NCBI GenBank assembly: GCA_043228905.1
Contig: JBHGNT010000012.1
Span: forward strand, 11,656,001-11,720,000
DNA: 64,000 nucleotides
From: Azolla caroliniana
Lineage: Eukaryota; Plantae; Polypodiophyta
Direction: 5' to 3'
A model generated the notes under the pieces. The model worked only from the letters and a program-made list of their open reading frames with translations, had not been told where the DNA came from and did not search any database. The translations under genes and the position numbers were made by a program. Positions 52,870 to 64,000 of this stretch are shown piece by piece; within the stretch, counting starts at the first letter, position 1; each line of letters opens with the position of its first letter.

Positions 52870-55390
52870 TTTCTCTCTCAAAGAAATAATGCCAATCCCT
52901 ATTTCCGATAACCTGCACCAGTGGCTCGTGAACAAGAATCTGCAGGGTTTCATCAAGGTTGCAAAAGTAAAGCCCCACCCTCGTGCGGTAGAACTTTCGT
53001 AGTAGATCGATGTCTCCAAAATTACGAACAAACAGGTACGCCGAGTATTGGAATTAAAATGAGAAGGCTTTCATGATGTCTAGAAAATGGACAACGACAT
53101 GCTCCAGTCGTATTTTGGAGAATATTCTCCCTTGGCCAAAGCTTTTCAAACACAGGGAGGGGAGGATGAATTTTTTCATGAAGTGGCCAAATTTTTGTTA
53201 GAAGTGGGATTTGCTAGTCCCCAATTTTACTGCATGCCCAACAAGAGAGCCGACTTCATAATCGCCACATACAAGGACGAAGTTTTTGATTGGGGGTTGC
53301 TGTCAGCAGAAGCTCTGTGGGAGCAGCTGTATGGGGTGCAAAAAGGGAAACCAATGAAGCCGATCTTTGCTCGCTGGTTGTCGGTGCTTTTTCCGACACT
53401 GAGATTGAAAAATAGACAAGAAGAACAGAGGCCACCACGGCCACAATCAGCTTCCCGACCCCGAAGACAAGCACAACATGAGGAGTGGCAGGAAGCAAAA
53501 TCGACGCAGGTCGATGCCACTCAACCGGAACCGGAACCACAACAACCGGTACCCTCACCAATGCCGAAGTCGACATAAAATCCCCAACTTGACTCTATAC
53601 TTGTTCCACAACCAACCCCACAATCACCCCAACCTATGGAACCTGACCAACCAACAGAACGACAATGTCGGGTAAAGCAAAGGGCTCAACGCTTTTCAAA
53701 GGCTCAGCAAGAGGAACCTGCACAGAAAAAATAGAGAACAGAGGAGCAAGCGACGCAACCCACACAAGTACCTCGTTTCAATCCAAACGATACAACTAGA
53801 CTCCAGAAAGGGAAGTCGTCGGTAACAACGGTGCGGGAAGCAATTACATTCTCCGACATCCTTCCAGCCGCACATGAACTTGCCGCCATTCTACAATTCG
53901 GCACTTCTTATGAACTAGTAGAGTGGTTGGTCTGTACATTACAGAAGGTGTCGGAGAGAATGGCACCGGAGCACCGGGATCAGATAATGATCCAAAAATC
54001 ATTAAGTGGAGCTGTCGAGCCATAGGAGCAGCAGGAGGTCGATCGGATTGGCCGACAACGGAATGCGAAAAATAAGGGAGAAGCCATCCAGATGCCACCA
54101 TTGCATGAGGCTTTGGTAGAGGTACATAGAGAATATGAAAAGGCAAGCCGAGCAACTAAGGATATGGTTGATTTGTATAGAAAGGCAACGACAGTGTCGG
54201 AAATTTTGTATGCTCAATGCACAAATAAGCAAGCCGAAAACCAGCAGTCGTCGGAACGACTTCGATAGATAGAAGAACAATTGTGGAAAACAAAGAAAGA
54301 GTTGTTGCAACAGACTTCATCAAGCAGACCCTTAGAGTTTGATCCAGATCTGCAACAAAAATTACAACAGGCAGAAGCAACACTCAAGGTGGTAGAAGCC
54401 AGAGCTGAGAAAGCTGAAACCCAATCAAAGAAAATAGAGGATCGACTACAATTACCAAAAACAGAATTCGGCAAATGGCTAGATGCCAAGGACAATTTGA
54501 TTCAAAGGCTACGCCGACAGTTAGCACAACAACAGGAAACCACACACCAACATGCTGAACAGGTCGAAGAGCTCAAAGAGTATGTCAAGGTCCAGGAGGA
54601 ATACTGCGCGGAATAGCTGGTGGAAAAGGAAACTCTGCTCACTCAACTGAACGAGAAATATGCTCAAGAGGTAGAGGAATGGGCATCCGCGAAATCAAAT
54701 TTAGAACAACGGTGTGCAAACTTGGAAGCCATTTTTGAACAATGACGACTCGACTTGTTGGTCGCTCAAGCATGACTGTTGTAGGCGGAAGGTCCAACCA
54801 ATGCACAGATCACTGATTTACGGAAGGCATTGGCAGAAGCACGATTCCAGATGAGTATGGGCGAGGAAAAAATACGAACAATACTGAAACGCCACAAACT
54901 CAACACCTTCAAAATGGTCATGGAGTCAATGGATAAGGGCTGGAAGACCTGGTCGGCACAAACAACAGAACTTCAACTTCTACGAGCCGACAGGGACAAC
55001 CGGAAGGCACAAGGACAAGGCTTCTTCAAAATGACGGAAGAGGCAATATCAACTGTTCAAGAAGATATTGCTAAAGATTTGTACGACATGGCAGCTTGTC
55101 ACCGCAAAGAAATTGGTCGAGTCATGTAGGAATTCGATAAACATGACATCGACATAACTGTTCAGTTGGACGCCTTTGAAGCCGAAAGACAAAGACAAAT
55201 TCCAGGTCTTGGCGCACCAGAGCCAATTGCACCACCACCACCACCACCATTGACCGAGGATACCCAACAACATGCAGATTCAGACGACGACGACAAGGAG
55301 AGTTGACAACATGAACCTTCCGTGTTTGATATTTTGCACGATGACGCTGAAGATGAATTGGACGAGGACCTTCCTTCAGACCAACCGGCA
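52870..55390 (+). pseudogene. Extra 3' ORF (coiled-coil), homolog of 6245-8820
   Basis: ORFs 53087, 54281 and 54830 share motifs with the first copy. Confidence 0.72.
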
Positions 55391-56473
55391 TAGAAGGGTA
55401 CCATGGGTTCGCTAGGCAAAGCCCTAGCCCACGGGCGTGCCAAGTGTTACCTAGACAAAGGGGTACACGGACATAGTGGGGAAGCGTCGGAGTCGAAGTC
55501 GAAGTCGGATCGAGGAAGAGGATCGATGAGTCATCATTTTGGCTAAATAATAGTTAATACCGAAAATTATAGTTAGTTACAAAGTTTTGTAGTTCTTGCC
55601 AATGGGCAATATGTATTTCTTGATGAGGAAGGCATTCAGGTTGCTTATAAAAAGAAACCGAAGGCATTGTAAAATCTATCATTTTACTTTTAGTAATATA
55701 AGTTTAGTTGTAGGAAATCTCAGTGTGCACCTGTTTATTTTCTGTTTATCTATTTACACCCTGCTACAACTGCATTACGTAAGTAATGATCTCGATGCTT
55801 GCGTAACATCGATAAGATTACAGTAACTCAGTATCTATTTGCACAACCACAATTCTTTGATAGAACTTTTAGTACGAAATGTTCGAACTCTATTGTGTGT
55901 CGGCGACAGAGTCGATTGTCGGCCGAACAACACAAAGCGTCATACATCTAGCCAAGAAAGTTGTGTACCACTCTCGGATGAAGCACATACAGAGAAGGTA
56001 TCACTGGTTGTGAGAGAAGGTGGAAGAGGGAGAGTTTACCCTTATTGAAGACAATGGATCCAATATGCTCACAAAGAACTGACCTATGGATAGACTCAGA
56101 TTCTGTCGATAGAAGATAGGACTAGCTGACTCTGCCCATAGGAGTGAAAGGGGAGTTTGTTAGGAATATGTCCCTCCTATGAGCGAAGTCTGAAGGAGAT
56201 AGAAACTCGACTACATGATGGATGCTCCAAGACGAGGAAAAAGGCCGACTAGATAGCCAACATGGGAGTCGGCTAGTCGGGTTGACTGGATAACCGACAT
56301 GGGAGTTGGCTAGTCGGGCTGACTGGAAAATCGACACAAGAGTCGATTAGTTAGCTATTTAATTGAGATTAATAATAATAATATCAACAATAATATTTGT
56401 AAATATCCCATACTGTGTATAAGTATAAATACATCGAGGGAAAACATTATGTTTTGTGAGCAGAACATAACAA

Positions 56474-56515
56474 TGTTGTTGATGGGTGGGGGCTGGAGCC
56501 AAGAAGAGCTCCACC

Positions 56516-56606
<91 letters not shown>

Positions 56607-56826
56607 AAACAATGTTGAGAGGCAAAACTTTCACTAGTTCTATATATGTCCCCTTGGGTGGGGTTATATAGGTACATTACATGAGGGTTACAAATCAAGA
56701 ACATAGAATGGGGTTTGTAGGTTAGTTACATAACCTTGTAACAATGTAGACCCGCTTTACCATATTAATATACTCACACTTACTTATGTGCACATTTTCA
56801 CATACACTTACACATGACTTATAACA
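56474..56826 (-). mobile_element. Solo-LTR-like repeat with long (GA)n, inside the Copia 3' LTR
   Basis: Strong similarity to 57736-58100; TGTTA...CAACA ends on the minus strand. No clear TSD. Confidence 0.6.
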
Positions 56827-57735
56827 TATGCGTTGTATAGAGCTTCTCTGTTGTGTGCAGAAGATAGAGAGTAGGAAGAGGGACGCGAGAGCTTGAGCGG
56901 TGCTATAGTTGTGTAATACTAGACACCAAGAGCCCTGCGTGGCTGATACACTCCGCACAAAGAGTGCTGTAATTTGTTCTTCCTTTTACACCTTTGTTAT
57001 AGTTATTCTCTGTTGCTCGTGGTTTTCCCTTGCTTAGGGTTTACGTGCACAGGAAGCTTAGGACTGGGATTAGGGTTTCCAATGATAGCTTTAGGACGTG
57101 TAGGGATGTGATGAGGGCTTTGAGGCTTGTGATTAGAGATTGAATTGGGTTTGAAATATTAAGGTTTAATTGGAGTTGAATTGGAGCGTGAAATATTAAG
57201 GTTTACAGAGGAAGAAGAAGAAGTTTTGTTAGTACTACTTGCCATAGCCATATACAACAACAAATCTAATCTATGGTGGACAAGAAAAAGTAAAAATATT
57301 CACAAGCTTGGTTGAGTATGTTTATGAATTTAGTTTTAATCATCATAGTAGAGGAACTCCTGGGGTAGACATGGGAAGCATCATCTTGAAAGAAATCATC
57401 ATCTTCATAATGATTCATAACAATCATCATCACATAACTTCCATGAATCATCATCACCTTCACCATCAATATTGGATAACTAATTTGTCACAATTCTTAC
57501 TTTGTTGTGTAAGGATCTCAACACCACAAGAATGCTATGTGAATGAGCTTCATGATGGATCTTCTTCTTCATGCATTTTCTTCAATAACAAGCTTTCTTG
57601 TAGATTCTGACATCGAATCAATACGATCTTCTTATTTTTTCACACATCGTGCCCATTTCTCGCTTTCTCGGATACTTTCTCCGCGTGTATTCGTCAACTT
57701 CTTCTTCAAGGGGGTCAACCGTAGGGTGTGCCAAG

Positions 57736-58100
57736 TGTTGTTGGGTGGGGGGGGTAAAGCCAAGAAGAGATCCACCCCCCTCCCAAGGGGGTTGGATATG
57801 AGAGGAAGAGAGAGAGAGAGAGAAAGAGAGAGAGACACACAATTATTAAGAGGCAAAACTTCTACTACTTCATTCATGTACCCTATGGTGGGGTTATATA
57901 GGTACATTACATGAAGATCACAATCCAAGTACATACAATGAGGTTTGTGGGTTAGTTACATAACCTTTTAACAACCTAGACCCACTTTACAACATTGCAC
58001 ACATTCATATAAATGTGCATGTGTTTATACGTAGTATGCTCATACTCACGTTTGTGCACACATGCACACACTTACAAGTTTCTTTGTCTAGTCCCCTACA
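57736..58100 (-). mobile_element. LTR-like repeat (may extend to ~57031)
   Basis: Shares the CCCCCCTCCCAAGGGG, GGGGTTATATAGGTACATTAC and GTTAGTTACATAACC blocks with 56474-56826 and/or 43804-44162. Confidence 0.6.
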
Positions 58101-61100
58101 ATGTGCATTCCCAGGACCTGTCTTGCTGAATCCATATCCTCACTGAGAATGACCTACTCAAGGCCTTCTTCAGCATTCCGATCTTGATGTGGTCCTATTC
58201 GACAATCAACATGTCATCTACGTACAACAGGAGGACAAGGAAATCTCCTCCGTCAAACTTCTTCACAAAAATGCAATGGTCAGCTAGCATTGTCGTGACG
58301 ATTTTCGGCTACGATGTGAAACCAAGTGAGACGAATAAACCAAGGATGTGCAACATTGCACATGCACTTAGCAAACAAGCCTAAGGCCTAGTGGCACTTG
58401 AGTTCATACAGAAGGGTGCAAGCAAGGTTTGAACCTTGCACCTCTAAGATACAAGACCTCTAAGATACTTGACCTCTAAGAACCTTGCCTTACCACTAGG
58501 ACAACTATCATATAGTGTAGATTTTATGTATTTTCTTTTCATATACGAATTATAGACAAAACAACCATAGAAAACCATGTGCACAAAACCATGGTTCTAA
58601 ACCCATGGATTGTGCATGTCATAAGCAAAAACGTGTCCCCAAAACCATGGGTCTAAACCCATGGTTTTGTGCATGAAGAGATCTATAAACTCGAAATGGT
58701 GGAGTCAATCGATTGAATGGAAAGGATGAACATCGGCCTCAAACTCGAAGAAGATGACAATGCAAATGGCCTCATCGAGGATTGGAGCAAAGTGGAAAGT
58801 GTATGCCGACTACACGATAAGGGGCAAGAGAGAATATCGATGACAACAAGACGGCCCATAGGGACGATCGAAGAGGGACGAGATGTAGCAACGCGCCACC
58901 AACAAAAGAAATGAAGCTTAAAAGGGAGACAAAACCAAGGCGAATGGTGATCGAGGAAGAAGAGACCTCCCAACAAATGCGGGTTAATGAAGTGGCCGAT
59001 ATAAAGGCTCAGGTTCGGTATGCTGGTACCGAGAGAGAAGGTGCGAAACAAGTCACCTACTTGTCTTACGAAGAAACGACGACCAAGGAGGAGGCCGATG
59101 ACTCGAGGACGGCGAACGCCACTTCGAGGGAGCATAAATGTTTCGGAACACGGATTGTGTACGAAACATCGGGTGATGAAGGTGCAAGCATGAGAAAAGC
59201 TTGCATGATCGAGGGAGATAAAGGGTTTGAGTCCGACGTGATTGAGGAGGTAGCCATGACAAATGACATCGAGTCGAAGGTGGCTATGGACGAGTTGACG
59301 ACGGATAGCCATGTCAAGACTTTCTCCACACTTGTTCCAGAGACTTCGGCGGTTGCGCCCATGTGCCAACGTGAGACCGGAGAGACGGAAGGTGGTGACG
59401 GGAAGACGAAGGCCAAACACAAGGAGTAAGAAGATCAAGGACGAAAGAATATCCCCACACCTTTTCTAGAGATTTTGGCGGTTGTGCACGTGTGCCAACC
59501 TGAGACCGGAGAGACCGAATGTGTCGACGGAAAAGCGGAGGACCAGAAGGGCGATGAGGAAGACAAGGTAAATGTACATGAATGAAGGGATTCCTTCACA
59601 CCAGTTCCAGAGACTTCGGCAGTCAAGACTGTGTGTCGACATAAGACCGAAGATAAAGGAGGTGGCAGAGAGGAGAGAATATGGCTTGAGGCGAGCATAC
59701 ACGGAGGGAAGGATGTGCCCGACGAGGAGGCCAAGGATGAAGCCGCGATTGAGTTCGATGGCGAGGCATGCGGGAAATGGGGGGCCAATCGACCAGGGCT
59801 GACCCGGCCAAAACCTAATTTTGTGGAAATCGATCAGACGATCCCGATCCAAAAGGGGGCTGACCCGGCCGGAATCAATCGGTCAAGCCCGACTCAGCGA
59901 AATGTGAATGCAGACGAAGGCCAATCGAGCTGAGAAGCGATCAGCGGAGACCGATTCGAACAAGGGCAAACTCGACCTAATCGGAGATCGACACGAATGA
60001 TCCACAACACCCAGTTGAAGACGGTGAGCGCGAGGAGTGGCCAGGAGTCCAATTGAAGGACACGCACGGTGGACGAAGGAAGAGCGGTCTGATCGACGAC
60101 GTCGTTTGGTAGATCTACTACAACCGACCGGGGAAGAAGGTGTGAGCACCGGATATGGTGGATCGGGTGGCTACGGTGGTTCGGTTGGAAAGATTGGGCA
60201 TACTCGAAGTGGAAGACGAAGTCAGACGAGGTCGATGAGTGTACGGAGGAACTCGGTTGATCACTGTTGCCAAAGATCTCACCTCTTCACCTTTCTCGGC
60301 ACATTCCGGAGGATGTGCGGGTTTGGTGGGAGTGGATGTCGTGACGATTTTCGGCTACGGTGTGAAACCGAGTGAGACGAATAAACCAAGGATGTGCAAC
60401 ATTGCACATGCACTTAGCAAATAAGCCTAAGGCCTAGTGGCACTTGAGTTCATACAGAGGGGTGCAAGCAAGGTTTGAACCTTTCACCTCTAAGAGACAA
60501 GATGTTTGCCTTACCACTAGGACAACTATCATATAGTATAAATTGTATGTATTTCCTTTTCATATACGAATTATAGACAAAACAACCATAGAAAACCATG
60601 TGCACAAAACCATGGTTCTAAACCCATGGATTGTGCATGTCATAAGCAAAACCGTGTCCCCAAAACCATGGTTCTAAACCCATGGTTTTGTGCATGAAGA
60701 GAGCTATAAAAACCCTAGTGGAGCTTGTGTAAAGGAGGGCTCAATATGTGATATCACCAACACCACGATCATCAATATAATTATATTTTTCTTTATCTTC
60801 TTCATATTTTTCTACTTCTCCAATGTACAATCTTTCTTCTTCTCAAGTGAACAAATTTCATCCAATCTTACATTGATCGTCATCTCTTCGATAATTCCGC
60901 GAACATCCTCCCTAGTCCAAGACCCCGGTGGTCACTCGAGTAGCACACGCATGCACGAATCTTCAGGACAACGTTTTGTGGTACCCTTGGTCGGCCATGA
61001 AGGATTCGAACTTCCAGTACCATTTCCGGGGAGTATGCTTCAGTCCGTAAAGGATTTTTCTCAACCGACACACGAGGTTCTCCTTCCCCTTTTCGACGAA

Positions 61101-62668
61101 TCCTTCCGATGGCTGCATATAGATTTCTTCTTCAAGATCACCATGTAGAAAGGTCATCTTGACATCCAACTATTCGATTTTGAGGTTCATGTTGGCCATA
61201 ATGGTCAACACTATCTGGATGGATATCATCTTCATCACTGAGGCAAAAATCTCATAAAAATCCACCCCTTTCTTCTGTTGGAAGCTCTTCACCACAATGC
61301 AGGCTTTATACCTTGGTGGATTTCCGCCATCTCTTGGTTTCAACTTTTACAGCCACTTGTTCTAGAGTGCCCTCTTTCCTTTTGACAACTCCTGTCAACT
61401 CATATGTATGGTTCTCATGTAGGGAATCCATCTCATCCTGCATGGCACTCAACCACTCTCAGTTGTGGGTATCTTTCTTTGCTTCCTTGAAGCTTTCCGG
61501 CTCCTCCTCTTCGGTTAACAGGACATATTCCTTTTACGAAAATCTTTGGGGGGGTCTTCTATTGCTTAGAGGGTATCTTCTTCCTCTATTCTCATCAGCC
61601 GGATTACTAGGTTCTTCCTCTTCTACTTTGACTGATTCTTTGTCTTGATCGGAGTCTACATCTTCCTCTTCAGATATGACTGGATGCCATCTAGTTGGTC
61701 CTGCTCCGAATCTGACCCCGTGTCTATATCCCTATCCGGATCCGGCTCGCAATTGGACTTCAACCGATACAACTCCCTATTCGGCTCTGATCGGCTCCCC
61801 TTGTTCATTGATTGTATTCGACTTCAGGTAGGCTGGGAGGATGTTCCAGACTTCTCCTTCTCCTAATTGGCAATAGTCTGGTCCTTCATGAAGACTATAT
61901 CTTTGCTCCGGATTACCTTCTTGTCGGCTAAGTCCCATACCCGGTAATCAAACTCATTGTCGCCATATCCCAGAAATATGCATGGCCGAGTCTTGAGGTC
62001 TAATTTTCCTCTCTAATCCTTTGCTACTTGCGCATAGGCAAAACAACCAAATACCCTTAAATGCTGGTACGACACGTCTTTTGCCGGTCCATAACCTTTG
62101 TGGAATATCTCCGTCCAAGGGTACCAAGGGTGATTTGTTTATCATGTAAACCACTATTATTAACACCTCAGCCCAAAACTTCTTGGAAAATTTTGCATGT
62201 GCAAGCTTGCTCTGGACTCTCTCCACGATGGTCTAGTTCATCCTTTCGGTCAACCTGTTAAGCTCTGGCATCTTCGACATGGTGTATTTGAACCAGATTC
62301 CCTTCGACTGACAATACTCCTCAAACTACCCTCAGTATTCTCCTCCATTATCCGCTCGAATCACTTTCAATTCCCGGTCGGTTTCTCTCTTGGCTCTCGT
62401 TTGGAACTCTTTGAGGACGGATAATCTGGTCTTTCATCTTCAGAATGGAAGCTCACAACTTCCGACTATAGTCATCTATGAAGATCATAAAATATTGTGA
62501 ACCGACATGTGACTTAGTGTCCACATAACATACGTCCGTATGCACGAGTTCCACCGGCATCTTCTTCCTCATCGGGGGCCAGGAACGGAAGGAGGCTTTG
62601 TTCTACTTGTCCACCAAGCAATTGGTATACTTGTTAAGATGCACCTTCTTTATCTCCGTTATGAGATT
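58101..62668 (-). mobile_element. Degenerate Tork-like Copia INT-RT on the minus strand, split by the insertion at 58291-60970
   Basis: MDVKMTFLHGDLEEEIYM...GYHKT | ADHCIFVKKFDGGDFLVLLLYVDDML; MERVQSKLAHAK. Confidence 0.88.
58291..60970 (+). mobile_element. Internally deleted LTR element: partial 5' LTR 58291-58689, acidic internal region, G-rich PPT, 3' LTR 60337-60970
   Basis: Direct repeat TGTCGTGACGATTTTCGGCTACG... at 58291 and 60337; ends CAGGACA. Flanks GCAT/ACGT are compatible with a decayed GCGT TSD. Confidence 0.85.
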
Positions 62669-63650
62669 TGTTAGGAATTGACCGGCCAGAACTGGTTGCA
62701 CGTTCGTATTCGTGTGTAGAAACCAAGAATTAGTACACAGACACAAACGTGAAGACACACACAGAAACATAGATGTTTTATGTGGAAAACCAGAAATGGG
62801 AAAAACCACAGGGGTCCACAAACCCCGAGAGAAACATATCACTATAGTAGAGAGGAAGTACAAAATACGGAACTCGGAGGCAACGACCTCGAGTTCTCCT
62901 TCGTCTGACAGACAGTTACAAAGTCACACTCTCACTCACGGTTTCAGAGGCAACTAACTCATTCTAACTTTACAATAATGATCAACTACTATTTACTAAA
63001 GTTTGCCCTAGTTGCTTATAAACAAAAGCAACTTTCTAGCTATTTACAAGCATAGCCCACAAGGGGCATTTTAGACTATTTACAATTATAGTCTTCTGAA
63101 ACGATTTTGATTTTTGATTTTGGTTTTTGATTTAGATTTAGATTTTGGTTTGAGATACTCACCCACACGATATTTACCTTCCCATCCGGAGGGACATATT
63201 TCCCAACAAACTCCCCCTTCAGTCCAGCATGGGGTACTTCACCAAACCGGCTCTCTGTCGGCACACGTTTAGCTTTTCGGCTGAGAGCACCTTCGTCAGT
63301 ATATCCTATCCGCTTTCGGCCATGTGGATCTTCACTAGAGCAAACTCCTTTTCTTCTACTCGCTCTTGGAGCCAATGATATCTTCTCTGGATGTGTTTGT
63401 TCCTCGAGTGGTAGGCAACATTTTTCGCAAGGTGGATGGTACTCTGGTTATCACAATAGAGTTGGAATTCCTCCTGCCGAATTCCCAGCTCACCGATAAA
63501 CTCCTTCATCTATATGATTTCCTTGCCTGCTTCCACTACGGCCATATATTCGGCTTCCGTGATCGAAAGCGCCACGGCCTTCTGCAAGCTCGACTACCAC
63601 AAAACAATTCCCCCTGCATAACTCATTACGTACCTGGACGTGGATCGGCT
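62669..63650 (-). mobile_element. Tork-like Copia 3' end: RNase H, PPT 63221-63209, 3' LTR 63208-62669
   Basis: YCDNQSTIHLAKN..HIQRRYHW; TGAAGGGGGAGTT TGTTGGGA...CCTAACA. The LTR start resembles 13083. Confidence 0.88.
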
Positions 63651-63654
63651 ATAT

Positions 63655-64000
63655 TATAGATCTTGGTACTAACGTAAGCTTAAGATAAGGATAATGAAAA
63701 GATAGATAGAAAGGAGAAAGAGAAAGAAGGGTGCCGATCCACCCGACCACCCCCGAGCGAAGGGATCGAGACGGACTCGAGCCTCGATCGGCGTCCCATA
63801 CCACCGCCGTGGCGTCGAGTCGTACCTGGTGCTGGCGCGCTCGCTACAAGAGTTGACCCACCACACGAGCAGAGTCTCGATGTAGTCAAAAGATGATCAA
63901 ATGAGGGTAGCTAGGCCTCTTATTTATAGCGAAACCCAAGGCCCCCAGGCAAGTTCACACTTGACCTAATGGGTTGTCTCAATCCCGAGGATTAAAAGTA
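63655..64000 (-). repeat. GC-rich LTR-like repeat interrupting Copia RH, homolog of 28915-29290
   Basis: Similarity to 28915-29290; TATAAATA on the minus strand near 63921-63928. Confidence 0.65.

Larger units (their letters stand above)
47233..55932 (+). mobile_element. Full-length degenerate OTA-like Ty3/Gypsy element
   Basis: LTRs 47233-47735 and 55445-55932. TSD CAAAG at 47228-47232 and 55933-55937. PBS TGGCACGTCCGGT at 47747. gag with CCHC knuckles, PR IVDGGSGVN, RT, RH, INT, extra ORF. Confidence 0.95.
43525..57045 (+). mobile_element. Old Tork-like Copia scaffold in pieces (gag 43540-43803, INT/RT 44163-45677, RH 46908-47232 and 55933-56140, PPT, 3' LTR from 56158)
   Basis: The fragments are collinear with 13822-17895. 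The reading frame continues across insertions (EHWTIV|WILRYL; HCDNQS|VIHLAK). GTGAAAGGGGAGTT then TGTTAGG. Confidence 0.85.

Noticed and set aside
56355-56704. LSLSLS/RERERE ORFs
   Set aside because: Translations of (GA)n microsatellites.

Overview
Eukaryotic land-plant nuclear DNA, probably a fern or other seed-free plant (inferred from TE lineages and GA/CT microsatellites). One spliced host gene, a canonical nuclear poly(A) polymerase (CDS ~30476-34319, 11 exons), sits on a ~8 kb island between two deeply nested retrotransposon stacks. The stacks contain: Ty1/Copia elements, including a very young Tork/Tnt1-like copy at 13083-18611 with a single nonsense codon; Ty3/Gypsy elements of two kinds (an OTA-like family with a tRNA-Arg PBS and a large extra coiled-coil ORF, and a TGTCG...GACA-LTR family with a tRNA-Trp PBS); solo LTRs; and a 5'-truncated LINE inserted in a (CT)n tract. 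The most unusual signal: in three diverged copies of the OTA-like Gypsy family, the position just before the 3' LTR, normally a polypurine tract, holds a covarying hairpin ending in a sense copy of the tRNA-Arg 3' end (...CCCAYGGGCGTGCCA), i.e. an inverted PBS. This suggests non-canonical plus-strand priming and/or 5'-3' RNA circularisation. All coordinates and alignments were read by eye; lineage names and tRNA matches come from recalled motifs, not database searches.
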